64,000 nt of DNA from the human T2T-CHM13v2.0 reference genome, Homo sapiens. The notes under the pieces were generated by a model. That model was not told the DNA's origin. It was given only the letters and a program-made list of their open reading frames with translations, and did not search any database. The DNA is taken from assembly GCF_009914755.1 (NCBI RefSeq), contig NC_060936.1. One strand, given 5' to 3'. This document shows positions 1-13,885 of the stretch, piece after piece (within the stretch, counting starts at the first letter, position 1; each line of letters opens with the position of its first letter). A program made the position numbers and the translations under genes.

Positions 1-703
1 TGTAAAAGGAAGCCATGGAGACTTCTATTCAAGATGATGCTGCAACTGAGGATGTGCTGCAATCTCCCACGCTTTCAAATGTTTGTTCAATTGAATTAAT
101 CTGAGATTTGTATAAAGTTTGTAAAGCCATGGCTCTTGTATTCCAGTTCTGGAGTGATGCTGTTTTTTAAAGAAGGGTGATAAAAGCAGAAATGTCTATC
201 TTTATAACACTCTCCAAGTTTTAATGGGGCTGAAAAACGTGGTCCAAAGCAATGTTCATTAAAAATTTCATTCTCTGATCTCTTAGGTTTGTTTTGTTCT
301 TCTACCTCAAATAAACTCTTATGCATCCTGGTTTGACATCACCATCTTGGTCACCACTTCCTCTCTGCTCCTCTCAACACTGCCCAAGAAGTCTTATCAC
401 TGTACCACAAGATCCCTGGGGGTGTGAGGTTCCTCTTCTACTTTCATCGATTTTACCTTAAGAATAAACTGATGCATCTTTTTGTCCTTTTCTCTTCTTA
501 GAGAGCAGGAGAAGAAGAAACAAATGAACTTCTTTATTAATTTTTATGCTGCCAGGCTTAGAATAAGTATTTCTGAGATATATTAGAGATTTCTAAAACA
601 TTTGCTTGTTTTCTACTCAAAACAACCACTTATACAATATTCCTTTTTGCTCTACCAAGGATAAATTTCACTTACTAAGAATCTCAGGCCTACATATTCT
701 TCC

Positions 704-1163
704 TGAGAATCAGATTCACCATGCACCAATTACTCTATCTCCTGCTTGAGTTCCATGACACAGAACTCTCACAGAACAAGTTAAGGGAAGCAACTTCATT
801 ACTCATACATAGGCAGCAGGGAACAATAGAAGCACAGGATTTACGGCAAGCTGATCCCCCAAGTCTCAGGAAAGTTTCTGAGGGTGGATGGAGTCTTGTC
901 TGCAAATACCCCACATCTCACTGCAGCTAAGGAAACCTGAAAACCCAATACCTTGGGTTTTATATCCCGGGGCAATTGCACTCACTGGGCTAAAGCATTG
1001 TAGGTCATTCTGTGGTGGGAGGGACAGAAATGAAGCCCAACCAGTTCCTCTTTATCTCAGAATGTTGCATTTCCAGCACATTCTGCAGTTATTCTTGAGA
1101 ACTGTAAGCAAGAAAGGGGGAAAAAGCTGGGTCACCAAGGTCCATCCAGAGACCTGTCCTGCA
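704..1163 (-). mobile_element. Solo ERVL-class LTR (MER70/LTR47-like; subfamily uncertain)
   Basis: TG...CA termini, 460 bp, perfect 5-bp TSD CTTCC (699-703 and 1164-1168). Minus strand begins TGCAGGACAGGTCTCTGGATGGACCTTGG, resembling recalled MER70-type LTRs. Confidence 0.75.
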
Positions 1164-2478
1164 CTTCCCTGTCTACTTCAGATGTTGTCACTTATGTCTC
1201 TAAAACAGAGCCCCTTAGAACATAAAGGCTTTTGACATAAGACATTTTCTGGAAGTAAAACTGGCTTCTCAAAATTTGTCAAAAGTCAATACAAAACCTT
1301 CTGTGCCTGCTTTAGTGTGCTAGAATTGCCACATTTGCTGCACCAGGAAAAGGAATCTTTTAACTCATTGTTTACCATTCTTATTATGAAAACAGCACAT
1401 AGCACGCATGATAAAAGAATTATTAGCAAAATATAAAGTAAATTAACATTGAATATTTCCACTGATGTCTGCCTGTATATGTGGTACTGTCTATATACTT
1501 CCATGAAAATCAACTATTGCTTAAAGGTTGAGGCTTATATGTAGACCTTAGAAACTGCATTGTGGTTTTCCTCTTCCTTCTGAACCCATCTATCTTCTTT
1601 CTTTTGGAAATTCCCCACCAATTCAAGGGTATTTCTTATGTATTACTTTACTAAATCAAATTAATAAACAATCCAGGAAAATCCTTTATGCAGCCATTTG
1701 TTCTTTATGTTTTCTTTGTCTGATTTTTAAAATAATATAATCTGCTTTGAAATTTTCATCAGGATCATGAAGATTATTTGATCCAAACACTGTTCTGAAA
1801 ATGCAATTTCTAAGAAGCTTAAATAACCCATGCATAATAGAGAGAAAAAAACCACCCGAATATGATGTTTCCTCTCCCTTTTGTGATCTTTCCTCAGTTC
1901 ACAAATATATACTGAAGAACTACTCTGTTCACAGAACTTGGACTTTGTTACTTTGAAACACTGGAATTATTTATTTATTTATTTATTTTTCTACTTTCAA
2001 TCTAAAGCATATGATGATAAGGGAATAGTTCTGAAAGTTTGTCATTTGAACTAAACATGAAGATATAACCGAATTTCTGTATCATTTTCCCAAGGGGGAA
2101 GAAAGTAGCTTTTAAGGCAGTTAGTAAAAGAAGCTACTGGCAGGGTATACACTGTGTTTCTCTTGGAAATTAACTTTTCTTTTTCCATGTTTATACCCCA
2201 AAAATTGCTAGTCTGCCCTTCCTCTGTGGCTTGAAAGTACAGAAAAGATGAAGCTAATAATGCCCTGTGTTTGTTCATCAGGGATGCTGTACATCCCTGT
2301 ACACTGTATTCAGGAAGATGGTCCATCTCGCAGACCAATGTCTTACTGCTGTGTCAGCCAGGTCAGCTGAATGGGGATCTACATGTGTCTGTTTTTAAAT
2401 TACATTTAGTTCCCATACTGTCAAAAACATCTAGTTAAGTTGCCTAAATAGCAACTTAACTTTCAAGCATTTGAATCA

Positions 2479-2492
2479 GTTGCCATGGTAAC
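2479..2492. promoter_or_regulatory. RFX X-box motif (candidate)
   Basis: GTTGCCATGGTAAC, a 13/14 match to the palindromic X-box GTTGCCATGGCAAC. A GTTGC-N7-GCAAC inverted repeat lies just upstream. Confidence 0.5.
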
Positions 2493-3229
2493 AGATGTTC
2501 AAAAACAGGGACCTACAATTTTGTATTAAACTGTTTTTCTCCACTTCCCACAAGTTTCACGTTTATATGCTCTGCCCTCCTGGCAGGGGGTGGGGGGAGT
2601 CAAAGCACAAGTAAAATTCAATCTTTCTTACCCCCTTTATATTCCAACCTTTTTAAAATTAAAAACTTCACATTGGACTAAAAAATGTGGCCATAACAGG
2701 ATGTTATTTCATATAAGACCTGAAAATATTGAACTAATGGTCATCGTAACTGAGAAGGAGAGGAGAAAAAAAGCATTAGGCTCTGTTGCCTGTCCTCCAA
2801 CTGCACTTCAGATAAAATTAAAACTACACAACTCCATTGACTGGTCATCTTGAAACAAAGAACAAAAGCTTAATCACATATCTAGACAGGGCAATTAAAG
2901 TCAAGACCACAGAAATCTAATTCTCCAAGCACATCCATGCATAATAACCACTTTTGGAAATGTAGTCTATACTGAAAAGACTCTGTGTCTGTATAGAATC
3001 TGCACTTTTTAATTATGAGACATTTCACATAAAGAAGACGTTGGGGGCAGGAACAAATCCAACAAACCAGAGAAGGAGAACTTACCCTCTCCACAGACTC
3101 TGAAACTAGGAGATTTGTATCTTTCTTTGTAGAAAAAAAAAAATAGTACTTTTCCAAGAATTCTCTGCAAGACTGCTCTCTGAAAAGGCATGTGGTGAAA
3201 CAGAACAAGTATGATGAGTTATAGGATAG

Positions 3230-3425
3230 GCGAAACTAGATCAAATAGCAGCTCTGCGCTTACCCAGGGTGTGATGCTGGGCACCTTACTTACTGTCTCT
3301 GCATCGCATCCCCACTTTGAGATAAAAATATCTACCTGAAATGAATTTTCATTTAATAATCCAGTGAAATCCCATATGGAAAACATCCAGCTCAGCTAGA
3401 TCTTAGTAAATGTTCATTCATTTTT
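3230..3425 (+). mobile_element. MIR fragment
   Basis: Degenerate MIR core (ctctgcgcttacccagggtgtgatgctgggcaccttacttac...aaatgttca). Boundaries approximate. Confidence 0.45.
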
Positions 3426-3699
3426 GTTCTGTCATCCCCATCATGAATCCTTGTGTTTAAAAGCAAGAAGTTCTGTCTCCAGTGACTCTTGCAACTTGTC
3501 CAGTTTCTTGGATGGACCACAGGGGCCTGGGTAACCACACCTTTGCTATAATGCTATAAACTGCTCAAGGGCTAACACTCATGGTCTATCACTGAACTTC
3601 ACCTAGTTGGGGAACTATACAGGTGACCACAGGATCTCTCACAATTTAGGAGAATTTGTCCCATTTTACAGTCACAAACAGAAAGACTAGAATAACAGA

Positions 3700-4075
3700 A
3701 TGACCTCTGGGTTAGTTCAGATTCTCTGAGAAGTAGACACCAAGATGTATTAAATGTGCAAAAAAAAAAACGTATTAGGGGAAACATCTGTGGGAGATGT
3801 GAGAAAAGACAAATCTGACCCTGAGGGAAGGAGAGAGGAAAGGAAAGAAGAAAGGGTGTATGGAAGCTTCCTAGACTGGCATGCAGTCTAAGAAAATATC
3901 TACAACTTGAAGGAGTCCTCAAGCTAAAGTTGGCCATAAGAGGGATCCCGTATTTCCCAGGAAGGGCTCATCTCAGTCTCTCTGCCATACTTGGCCACGG
4001 GCTGAGAGCAGCCCTTGAGAAGCAAGGCCTCACCACAGATCTAAAAAGTGAATTATCATAGCTGCCACTGCTTTT
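3700..4075. mobile_element. Old MLT1-type MaLR LTR interrupted by the MST LTR
   Basis: MLT1-like text (gggttagttcagattctctgagaagtagacaccaagat...). Boundaries and strand uncertain. Confidence 0.4.
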
Positions 4076-4082
4076 TAATTAG

Positions 4083-4481
4083 TGATAGGGTTTGGATATT
4101 TGTCCCCTCCAAATCTCATGTTTAAATATAATCCCAGTGTTGCAAGTGGGGTCTTGTAGGACATGTTTAGATCATGGAAGTAAATCCCTCATGAATGGCT
4201 AAGTGCCATCCCCTTTGTGATGAGTGTATCCACCGGAGACCTGGTTGTTTTAAGTGTGTGGCACCTCCCCCTGCTCTTGCTCCCACTCTCACCATGTGAG
4301 ATGACTGCTCCTGCTTCACCTCCTGCCATGATTGTAAGCTTCCTGAGGCCTTACCAGAAGCAGATGCTGGTGCCATGCTTCCTGTACACCCTTCAGAACA
4401 CGAGCCAGTTAAACCTTTTTTCTTAATAAATTGCCCAGCCTCAAATATTTCTTCACAGAAATGCAAAAATGGCCTAACACA
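4083..4481 (+). mobile_element. MST (MSTB/MSTA-like) MaLR solo LTR
   Basis: Starts TGATAGGGTTTGGATATTTGTCCCCTCCAAATCTCATG and ends GGCCTAACACA. Near-TSD ATTAG/AATAG. Confidence 0.85.
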
Positions 4482-6386
4482 AATAGGTTGCAATTTTCTC
4501 CAGTTGCAGATACAACTTTCAATGAAAACTTAGATATTTCAAAAAGGGACACTTAGATAAAGCCAAACTGCAAATTAACAAGGTCTTTATGTGAAGCACA
4601 CTGTGTAGACAGAGCTTCTGTTGACATTGGCTTTGCTCTACCTGGAGGCCTTGCCACAGCTGAGCTTTACTCATGGCTGAGCTATCACCCACTTCTGAGA
4701 ACCCTTTTCCTCTGTCATTCTCCATACCTCTACTGCAAGATGCCTGCCTCCTCAGCAACCTTGAAAGCTGCCCTCTACCCAGAGCCTCCTCCTATATTGC
4801 ACCCCTTTACTGCCATCCCCATCTTTCTGAAAAGTTCAGTCCAAAGTGGCTTAACTCCAAGGGCACAGGACTCATAAAGAGTATTAATTAAGGCTCGCTG
4901 TTCTGATGGATAAATACCAAAAGCTCAGTGATTTTACACAATTGAAATTTATTTTTGTATATCCAACTATCCATGTGGCACATAGCAGGCAACCTTTACA
5001 CAATGATTCACGGACCTTTGTTTGGTCAACCCCTAGAGAGACTGGTGGACATTCTCTTCCAAACATTGGACAGAACAAAAAAAAAAAAGAGAGAGAGAGA
5101 GAGATTGAAAGCAAAGGAATTCCCGGGAAAGATTACTATGGGCCAGGTCGGCACATGGTAATTATCACTTCCACACGTATTTGTTGACAAGAACAAGTTG
5201 CATGGTCGCATCAAACTGCAAGAGACATTGGGAAATGCAGTCCAGCTGTGTGCACAGGAGCAAGAGTAAATGGATTTGGTCAGCACCTTGCTCTCTGCTG
5301 AGTAGGGTCCAGTACTGAGGCTGAGGGTGGAGTCTTGGACTCGCTCTCCAGTACTGCTTTTCTGTGCAATGGGACCTGCAGTTTTGCCCTTAAAGGTTTC
5401 TGAAGTTGGCTTCAGAACCTAACCAGAAGAATGGGAGCTGCTTGAGGGCTCAGCTTTGGGCACTTAGTAAATGTTTTTGGATGGAGAATTTCTATGAAAA
5501 AATGTGTTTTGAGTTATAAACAACCTATTTATAAACAGATTTTAGTAAGAAATCCCATCTGTAAGTTGGGAACTAAATATGCATGTGTGAGCATAAATGC
5601 ATATGTCATATTTTGCAAAATCTTGAGAGGGTGTAAATTTGGATACTGTGTAAGGTCATTGGTGATTGACTCCCATCCTCTAACAAGCTTCAGTTCTTGT
5701 TGCAGGGAGGAGTGGGTCAGAGGCAAGTTAGGAAGCGACTATCCATGATCATCTGGGATTTTCTCTGTGCAATCTATAGTCTGTTGTAGATTTGTTGTAG
5801 AACAACTTAATAGCATTCAGTTGATTCTCTATGTCTGTGGGCTTTATGACAGTACAGACTGGTTAAAAATACTGTCTTCTATTAACCTTCAAAAAAGCAA
5901 TACAATAATTTATGAGAATAAAAATTTTTGGACCCCATTTATTGAATTATGGTGAAATTTTATTTTATATTCTTACACATATGCAAATATGTCATTTGAA
6001 ACATATGCTTGAAGAGTATGCAAAAGACCGCTGGCAGTCTAATCACTTAGCTCGGGCAACAAACTTTACTTTTTAAGCTACATCAGAGCTCCCTCTTACT
6101 TTTGAAGATGACAAATAGCTTTTTATAATCCCCTAACAACATAATCCTGCATTACATTGTCCATTTTAGAGGACAGATGATGTCATGGGCTTAGAAATTA
6201 AAGTCAGGAAATGTTAGATCTGCTAAGAAGTTGAATAATACATTTCTGATGAGAAAAAAAAATGTACATAGACTATCTTCCAGACCCACTTTGCATTATA
6301 AAATATTTCCATAACATGTACAGACATGTGAACATAAATGATACTGTGTTTGTGATGTCTACATTTATACTTATGGAACTGGAACA

Positions 6387-6545
6387 GAGGTGGCAGAGTG
6401 TGGTAGAAAGAGTACTGATATAGGAATCTAGAGACTTGAATTCTTGACTCACTTCTGAATTGATTAGCTGTGTGACCTGGAATAAGTCACCTAACTTCTC
6501 TGAGTTTTGGTTCCCTCCTTTGTAACACTGAGATTTGGATTAAAT
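6387..6545 (+). mobile_element. MIR fragment
   Basis: MIR core: gacttgaattcttgactc...tagctgtgtgacctggaataagtcacctaacttctctgag. Confidence 0.6.
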
Positions 6546-6884
6546 GACTTAGTGCACATCAAGTATCCGATACATTGCACTTAACCATTCAGAATCTCCA
6601 TTTCTACAACTAGAAAACTGGTCATAAAATTATCTGCCCCTTTTTCATCCCAGGGTTATCTTAAGGATCTGAAGAAGAAAAATATTTAGAAAAGAGCTTT
6701 GTAAGTTGCAAAGTGCTATGCAAATATAATATGTTTCAAAGAAAAATAATCACATTCATAATATTGGACTCTTTGGCACATCTACTTAGTCTGGACTCAA
6801 GGGTAGATACAGCAGAGTTTAAGACTCAGGTATGCTAATCAATCTAACAATCATATAGAAAGCTGGATGTTATTTCCATTTTTG

Positions 6885-7215
<331 letters not shown>

Positions 7216-8401
7216 TATTTCCATTTTTGATAAGCTATAAAAGATAGCCTAAGTCCAGACAAAGAAATTATTTAAAATGTTTGTTATGATATCTCAGTAA
7301 CATCATAGGTGGTTGCTGTAGCACTCCTTCTTTACCAGCCCAAATGAGAATGTCCCCTAAAAGCCACACACAAAATATATGTGTGCAAAGACTAAATCTA
7401 TAGTAAAGTAAGCTTTTTAGGTAAAAGCAAAGCATAACTGCATTGGAGAAATGTATCATTTTCTATAAGACAATCAGACCTATAAAATTTAAGGAGTAAA
7501 ATCAGAAAAGGAATAGAAAATCTAGGCATGTCTGCACATCAGTTAAAGCACCGTCAGTATGATGGCTAAATATTCAAGAACAAATGGTAGGGTCATTGCT
7601 CTGATTACTCATTAAACCCTATCTGTGGAGAATAATAATAATGCATTCACATCTTTTGTTTTTCACTTCCCCATGGTCTGGGCAGCATCCTGGACAAGAT
7701 CACAGCAATGACTAAGAGCTGTGCTTTTGGAACTACCCCTGGTAGGTTTAAATTCAGGTTGTGTCACTTGCTATCTTTGTGTAATTCAGCAAAACGCTTA
7801 AGTTATTTGAGCCTCAGTTTCCGCTGTATTAATGAAACTATTCCCTCATTTCCAACTGAAAAGGAGACTGATATATAATGGGATCGCTCTTAAAATCAAA
7901 CAGAAACAAAGTATATACATAAAAGCTTACTGCAGTGCTAACACATAGTAAGTGCTTAGTAACTCGTAGCTATTGGACTATTACAGGGCCAGGATTATCA
8001 AGACTAATTGAGGGGTTAAGGTTTTCTATCTCACAATCTGAACCCTTCCTCTTCTAGTTCTCCTTAACTTCCCTAAATAAATATTTTATAACTACTAGTT
8101 GTGACCATGTGACACATCATGAGGTTAATTTGGCCAGACTCAAATACCAATTATTTAAACAGACTAGAATGGAATCAAATGGGGTAGAATAGAGTAGACT
8201 AGAATAGGAAATTTAGTATCCATGTATATCACATATAGTGAGATAAATATTATTATATGCAATTTGGGAGGAGGTGTTACTAAGATGGGATGAAAACTGT
8301 ATTTCCAAATGTGGAATGCTATCAAAAGTGTTTCAAAGCCACAGCCCTAAAACTTTCCATTGTACCCTCTAGAATCCATAGTACCTCATGAGTAAAATTT
8401 T

Positions 8402-11068
8402 TTTCTATTTTAAGTTCCAGGATACATGTGCAGGACATGCAGGTTTGTTACATAGGTAAACATGTGCTACGGTAGTTTGCCGCACCTATTAGCCCATCAC
8501 CTAGGTATTAAGCCCACATGCATTAACTATTTGCTCTCCCTTCTCCTGCCCCCAGCCCCTGACAGACACCTTCCTGTGTCAATGTGTTCTCATTGTTCAC
8601 CTTCCACTTATAAGTGAGAATATGCAGTGTTTGAATTTCTGTTCCTGTGTTAGTTTGCTGAGGATAATGGCTTCCAGCTCTATCTGTGTCCCTGCAAAGG
8701 AAACAATCTCATCCTTTTTTGTGGCTGCATAGTATTCCATGGTGTATATGTACCACATTTTCTTTACCCAGTCAATCATTGATGGGTATTTGGGTTGATT
8801 CCATGTCTTTGCTATTGTGAATAGCGCTGTAATGAACACACACATGCATGTGTTTTTGTAATAGAATTATTTCTATTCCTTTGGGTATATAACCAGTAAT
8901 GAGATTGCTGGGTCAAATGGTATTTCTGGCTCTAGGTCTTTGAGGAATCACCACACTGTCTTCCACAATGGTTGAACTGATTTACCTTCCCACCAACAGT
9001 GTAAAAGCCTTCCTATTTCTCCACAGCCTCACCAACATCTGTTATTTCTTGACTTTTTATAATTGCCATTCTGACTGGCATAAGATGGTATCTCATGGTG
9101 GCTTTGACCTGCATTTCTGTAATGATCAGTGATATTGAGCTTTTTTCATATGTTTCTTGGCCATATAAATGTCTTCTTTTGAGAAGTGTCTGTTCATGTC
9201 TTTGCACACTTTTTAATGGGGTTTTTTTTTTTCTTGTAAACTTAAGCTCCTTATAGATTCTGGATATTAGACCTTTGTCAGATAGATAGATTGCAAAAAT
9301 TTTCTCCTATTCTGTAGATTGTCTGTTCACTCTGATGATAGTTTCTATTACTGGGCAGAAGCTCTTTAGTTTAATTAGATCCCATTTGTCAATTTTTGCT
9401 TTTGTTGCAATTGTTTTTGATGTTTTCATCATGAAATCTTTGCCAGTGCCTATGTCCTGAATGGTATTGCCTAGATTTTCTTCTAGGGTTTTTATAGTTT
9501 TGGGTTTTACTTTTAAGTCTTTAATCCATTTTGAGTTAATTTTTGTACAAGGCGTAAGGAAGGGGTCCAGTTTCAGTTTTCTGCATATCACTAGCCAGTT
9601 CTCCCAGCACCATTTATTAAATAGGGAATCCTTTCCCTGTTGCTTGGTTTTGTCAGGTTTGTCAAAGATCAGAAGGTTGTGGATGTGCAGTCTTATTTCT
9701 GAGATCTCTATTCTGTTACATTGGTCTATGTGTCTGTTTTTGTGCCAGTACCATGCTGTTTTAGTTACTGTAGCCTTGTAGTGTAGTTTGAAGTCAGGTA
9801 GCATGATGCTTCCAGCTTTGTTCTTTTTACTTTTTATTTTGTTCTTTTTACTTTACTCTTTTTACTTACAATTGTCTTGGCTATACGAGCTCTTTCTTGG
9901 TTCCATATAAATTTTAAAGTAGTTTCTTCTAATTCTGTGAAGAATGTCAATGTTAGTTTAATGGGAAGAGCACTGAATCTATAAATTACTTTGAGTAGTA
10001 TGGCCATTTTCAAGACATTGATTCTTCCTATCCATGAGCATGGAATGTTTTTCCATACGTTTGTATCCTCTGATTTCCTTAAGCAGTGGTTTGTACTTCT
10101 CTTTGAAGAGGTCCTTCACTTCCCTTGTTAGCTGTATTCCTAAGTATTTTATTCTCTTTGTAGCAATTGTGAATGGGAGATGATTCATTATTTGGCTCTC
10201 TGCTTGTCAATTGTTGGTGTATAGGAATGCTTGTGATTTTTGCACATTGATTTTGTATCCTGAGACTTTGCTGAAGTTGCTTATCAGTGTAAGAAGCTTT
10301 TGGGCTAAAATGATGGAGTTTTCTAGATACAGGATCATGTCATCTGCAAACAGAGACAGTTTGACTTCCTCTTTCCCTATTTGAATACTATTTCTTTCTT
10401 TCTCTTGCCTGATTGCCCTGGTCAGAACTTCCAATACTATGTTGAACGAGAGTGGTGAGAGAGGGCATCCTTGTCTTGTGCCAGTTTTCAAAGGGAATGC
10501 TTCCAGCTTTTGCCCATTCAGTATGATATTGGCTGTGGGTTTATCATAAATGGCTCTCATTTTGAGGTATGTTCCATCAATACCTAGTTTATTGAGAGTT
10601 TTTAACATGAAGGGATGTTGAATTTTATTGAAGGACTTTTCTGCCTCTATTGAGATAATCATGTGGTTTTTGTCTTTAGTTCTGTTTAGGTAATGAATTA
10701 TGTATATTGATTTGTGCATGTTGAACCAGCCTTGCATCCTGGGGATGAAGCCCACTTGATCATGGTGGATAAACTTTTTGATGTGCTGCTGGATTCGGTT
10801 TGCCAGTATTTTATTGAGTTTTTTTGCATTGATGTTCATCAGGAATATCGACCTGAAGTTTTCTTTATTGCTGTTGTATCTTTGCCAGCTTTTGGTATCA
10901 GGATGATGCTGGTCTCATAAAATGACTTAGGGAGGTGTCACTCCTTTTCAGTTGTTCGGAATAGTTTCAGAAGAAATAGTACCAGCTCCTCTGTACCTCT
11001 GGTAGAATTCAGCTTTAACTCCATCTGGTCCTGGGCTTTTTTTGTTTGGTAAGCTATTTATTACTGTG
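8402..11068 (-). mobile_element. 5'-truncated L1PA (L1PA8-10-like), ORF2 RT/C-terminal remnant plus 3'UTR
   Basis: ORF-track fragments are L1 ORF2p ([22 protein letters not shown]-like). TSD TC(A/G)TGAGTAAAATTTT at 8386-8401 and 11069-11084. Many stops and frameshifts. Confidence 0.95.
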
Positions 11069-11182
11069 TCGTGAGTAAAATTTTCTACATCCTCAAGTCT
11101 TTTCGGAATATTCCCTTTGTCTTCTTACAGTAATTCAATATTTCCCAAAACTTGGTGCTCATCAGAGTCTCCCAGAGGGTTT

Positions 11183-11940
11183 TGTAGTGGCAGCCTCTAA
11201 GATACTACTTACTGATCCATCCCTCACTCCTCAGATTCACACCCTGGGTAACACTTTCCCTTAAGTATGAGCTAGAAGTAATATCTCACTTCTAATGAAT
11301 AAATTCAGCAAAAGTAATTGTTTATCACTTTTAATAATAGGTTATAAAAAGAAACAGATTTCTGTCTCTCCCTGACTCTCTCTCTCTCTCCTCTCCATCT
11401 TCCTCTCTTCCTCTCTCTTATTGCAAAATAAATCATATAATGTTTTAAAACATTACCCCATGTGGTACACTGATTGCATTTAGGGCTGGAGTCATTCACC
11501 TGTCTCTGCATCCATATCCCTTTGCCATATAACGTTGTGGCAACTCCCACTGGGAATCTAGGCTTAGCCATGTTACTTGCTTTGGCCAATGTGATGCTAG
11601 CAAATGCAAACACAAGCATTGGCTTCAAGGGGAGGCACTATTGGAGTTGTTCAGTCTTGCCCTCTGCCATTGCCATGAGAATATGCTCTGGCTAGCCTGC
11701 TAGAGGGTGAAAGACAGAGCAGAGCCAAGTCACCCAGTCTTCCCAGACGAGGCCATCCTGGATCAGTCAACAGCCAACACACCCCAGCCAAAATCAGCCT
11801 TGCTGTCTAGTGGACCCACAGCTGACCACAGACATGTGAGGGAGCCATGAGAGTCTGAGAACCAGACCAAAGTAGCTGAACCTCTCAAACACCTGAGCAA
11901 AATAAATATTTACCGCTGTAAATTGTCTGTTACATATTGG
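11183..11940 (+). mobile_element. Adjacent or nested MLT1 MaLR LTR fragments
   Basis: MLT1-like starts at ~11183 (tgtagtggcagcctctaagat) and 11461 (tgtggtacactgattgc). Boundaries approximate. Confidence 0.5.
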
Positions 11941-13845
11941 ATAATATTATGTAAAAAAGCATTCTCCTTCTCTGTGGATATCACTGATGAGATCCCATGT
12001 ACTTACAAGAATTTTATTTATAAAATTAAGATTTGCTATTTACTAGAATTATTAAATATGCACATATTGACCTAATCATTACATAACCATTGTATATTGC
12101 AACTTAGAATATCCTTCATTGTATTAATGGGGAGGATAGGGACTGGGGAGAAAGGTATTTGCTCCAGAGACCCCTGTTGAAAAACAGGAGATTGCTGCAA
12201 AACGATCTGATGGATATAAATTTTTCACACAGTGCACTTTGGAACTGTTCCCATCTCCAGATACAATTAGAGGAAAGCACTGACCCCATCCCAAGTCAAG
12301 CCTTGAGCCTGCAGATTCCTGATGGTAGGAGTGAGGGTCCTGCCCTCAGGACCCGCTGGAGGGTAGAACAGGTGGGTTGATGTCTGCTATATTTCCTCTT
12401 GGGCCAACGCACTTCAGTAAATGGTCTCTATTTTAGAAGCCCAAATATCAAGAGGACTTTAGAGGACTGGACTAGGATATCCTGAGACTCAAAGCATTAA
12501 CAAGATCATGATGCCCATTGCCATAAGTAATTTAAAAGATTTGTTTTTCAATGACACAAAACCTCATGTATGCTGTGATCTAGCTATTCTAATTTGGGGA
12601 ACTTTCTGACATTACTAAAAACCAAACTTCTTTGTATTTTAGTGAATTTCTGTGTATCCATTTGGGGGTGGGAGGGCTTGTTTTTCTCTTTTCTTTACAT
12701 ATTTAGCCCTCCTGTGGGGTATTCTACCTATATGCAGATTAGAAAACAACCAAGGAAAGCTAGATTTTCTTTTTCTACCTGGGTCTCTGACTGACCTAAC
12801 CAGTTGCATCTATTTCAGAATGGAAACAATTTGTACCAACAACAAACCTTAATTAATAAATCCAAAATAGATAAAGTTTCATATGCTGTGCTTTGGAAAA
12901 TAACTTATTTCTGAATGTGAGTCATTCTAAGAACAAACTCTAATTGATCATGTAAATTCAGCCTATACAAATTTGTGTTAAATATCATTACTTAATAAAC
13001 TTCTTAACCACCTTCCTGATTTTGAGCCTGCTTTCAAATTTTAATTAGATGTAATGATCAGACAGTTATAAAATGCTAACATTCAAAGAGGAATTGATGT
13101 ACATAGTTTTCACCCTAATATTTGGGACCTGCCATTCTGGATTCCAAATGTAACCTGTGCATGGTTTCTTAGGACTCACTGGGTGTGTATCGTCTAAGGA
13201 CTCTAAACGTAATGCATGTAATAGTTACATTCATAGGATGGCTATGTAATTTTATTAACCAAACTAGTAAGCTTCAAAATGCAAACTATAATACATACAA
13301 GTTGTAGCCTGTAGTTGTTTCCAGAATCAGACTTTTAAAGTTAAAATTCTCATTGTTTTTAATTCAGATATCTTTTACTCTGGACTAAGAGGCAATCCTC
13401 CCCATTCTTGGTGTTTAACAGGAGGCAGCGACTTTAGAATTCTCTCCCATTTCAAGTGCCCACAAAACTGCTATTGCTGCTTACAAAAGTTGTGCATAAG
13501 CCTGGATACAAAACAAACCCTATGGGGAAAGAAAAAAAAAAACGGGTCGATGAATTCACCCAAGTGCAAATTACCTCAAGATTCATTTTTCCCTTTTTGT
13601 AGAACTAACAAGTGAATCTTACTGAGTTGGGACCAAAGAAACCCACTGAAGTGAGCCTTTAAGAGACATTTGTGCTGGTGATGACAGCATTTTCATGGTA
13701 ATTTGTTAATGTTCTTGCAAAGCAGGGGTAATTTACTCCAGTAAAATCTAGCTAATAGCCTTGTAGATTTGAGGCCTTCAACCAAGGGCCACATGCAGGC
13801 CTTGGGCGGCCTAGTGCCTGTAGGACTGCATAACCACCAGAAGAT

Positions 13846-13885
13846 CTCACACCTGACCTCCTGGCTCACACCTGACCTCCTGGCT
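13846..13885. repeat. 19-bp perfect tandem duplication
   Basis: CTCACACCTGACCTCCTGG twice, read directly. Confidence 0.9.

Noticed and set aside
1-480. 76-aa minus-strand ORF as a coding exon or pseudogene
   Set aside because: Stops in all frames nearby and no convincing homology recognised.
2590-2853. ORF faintly resembling a hAT transposase C-terminus (FLKLKT...RPENIELMVI)
   Set aside because: Similarity too weak, and no TIRs or TSD found.
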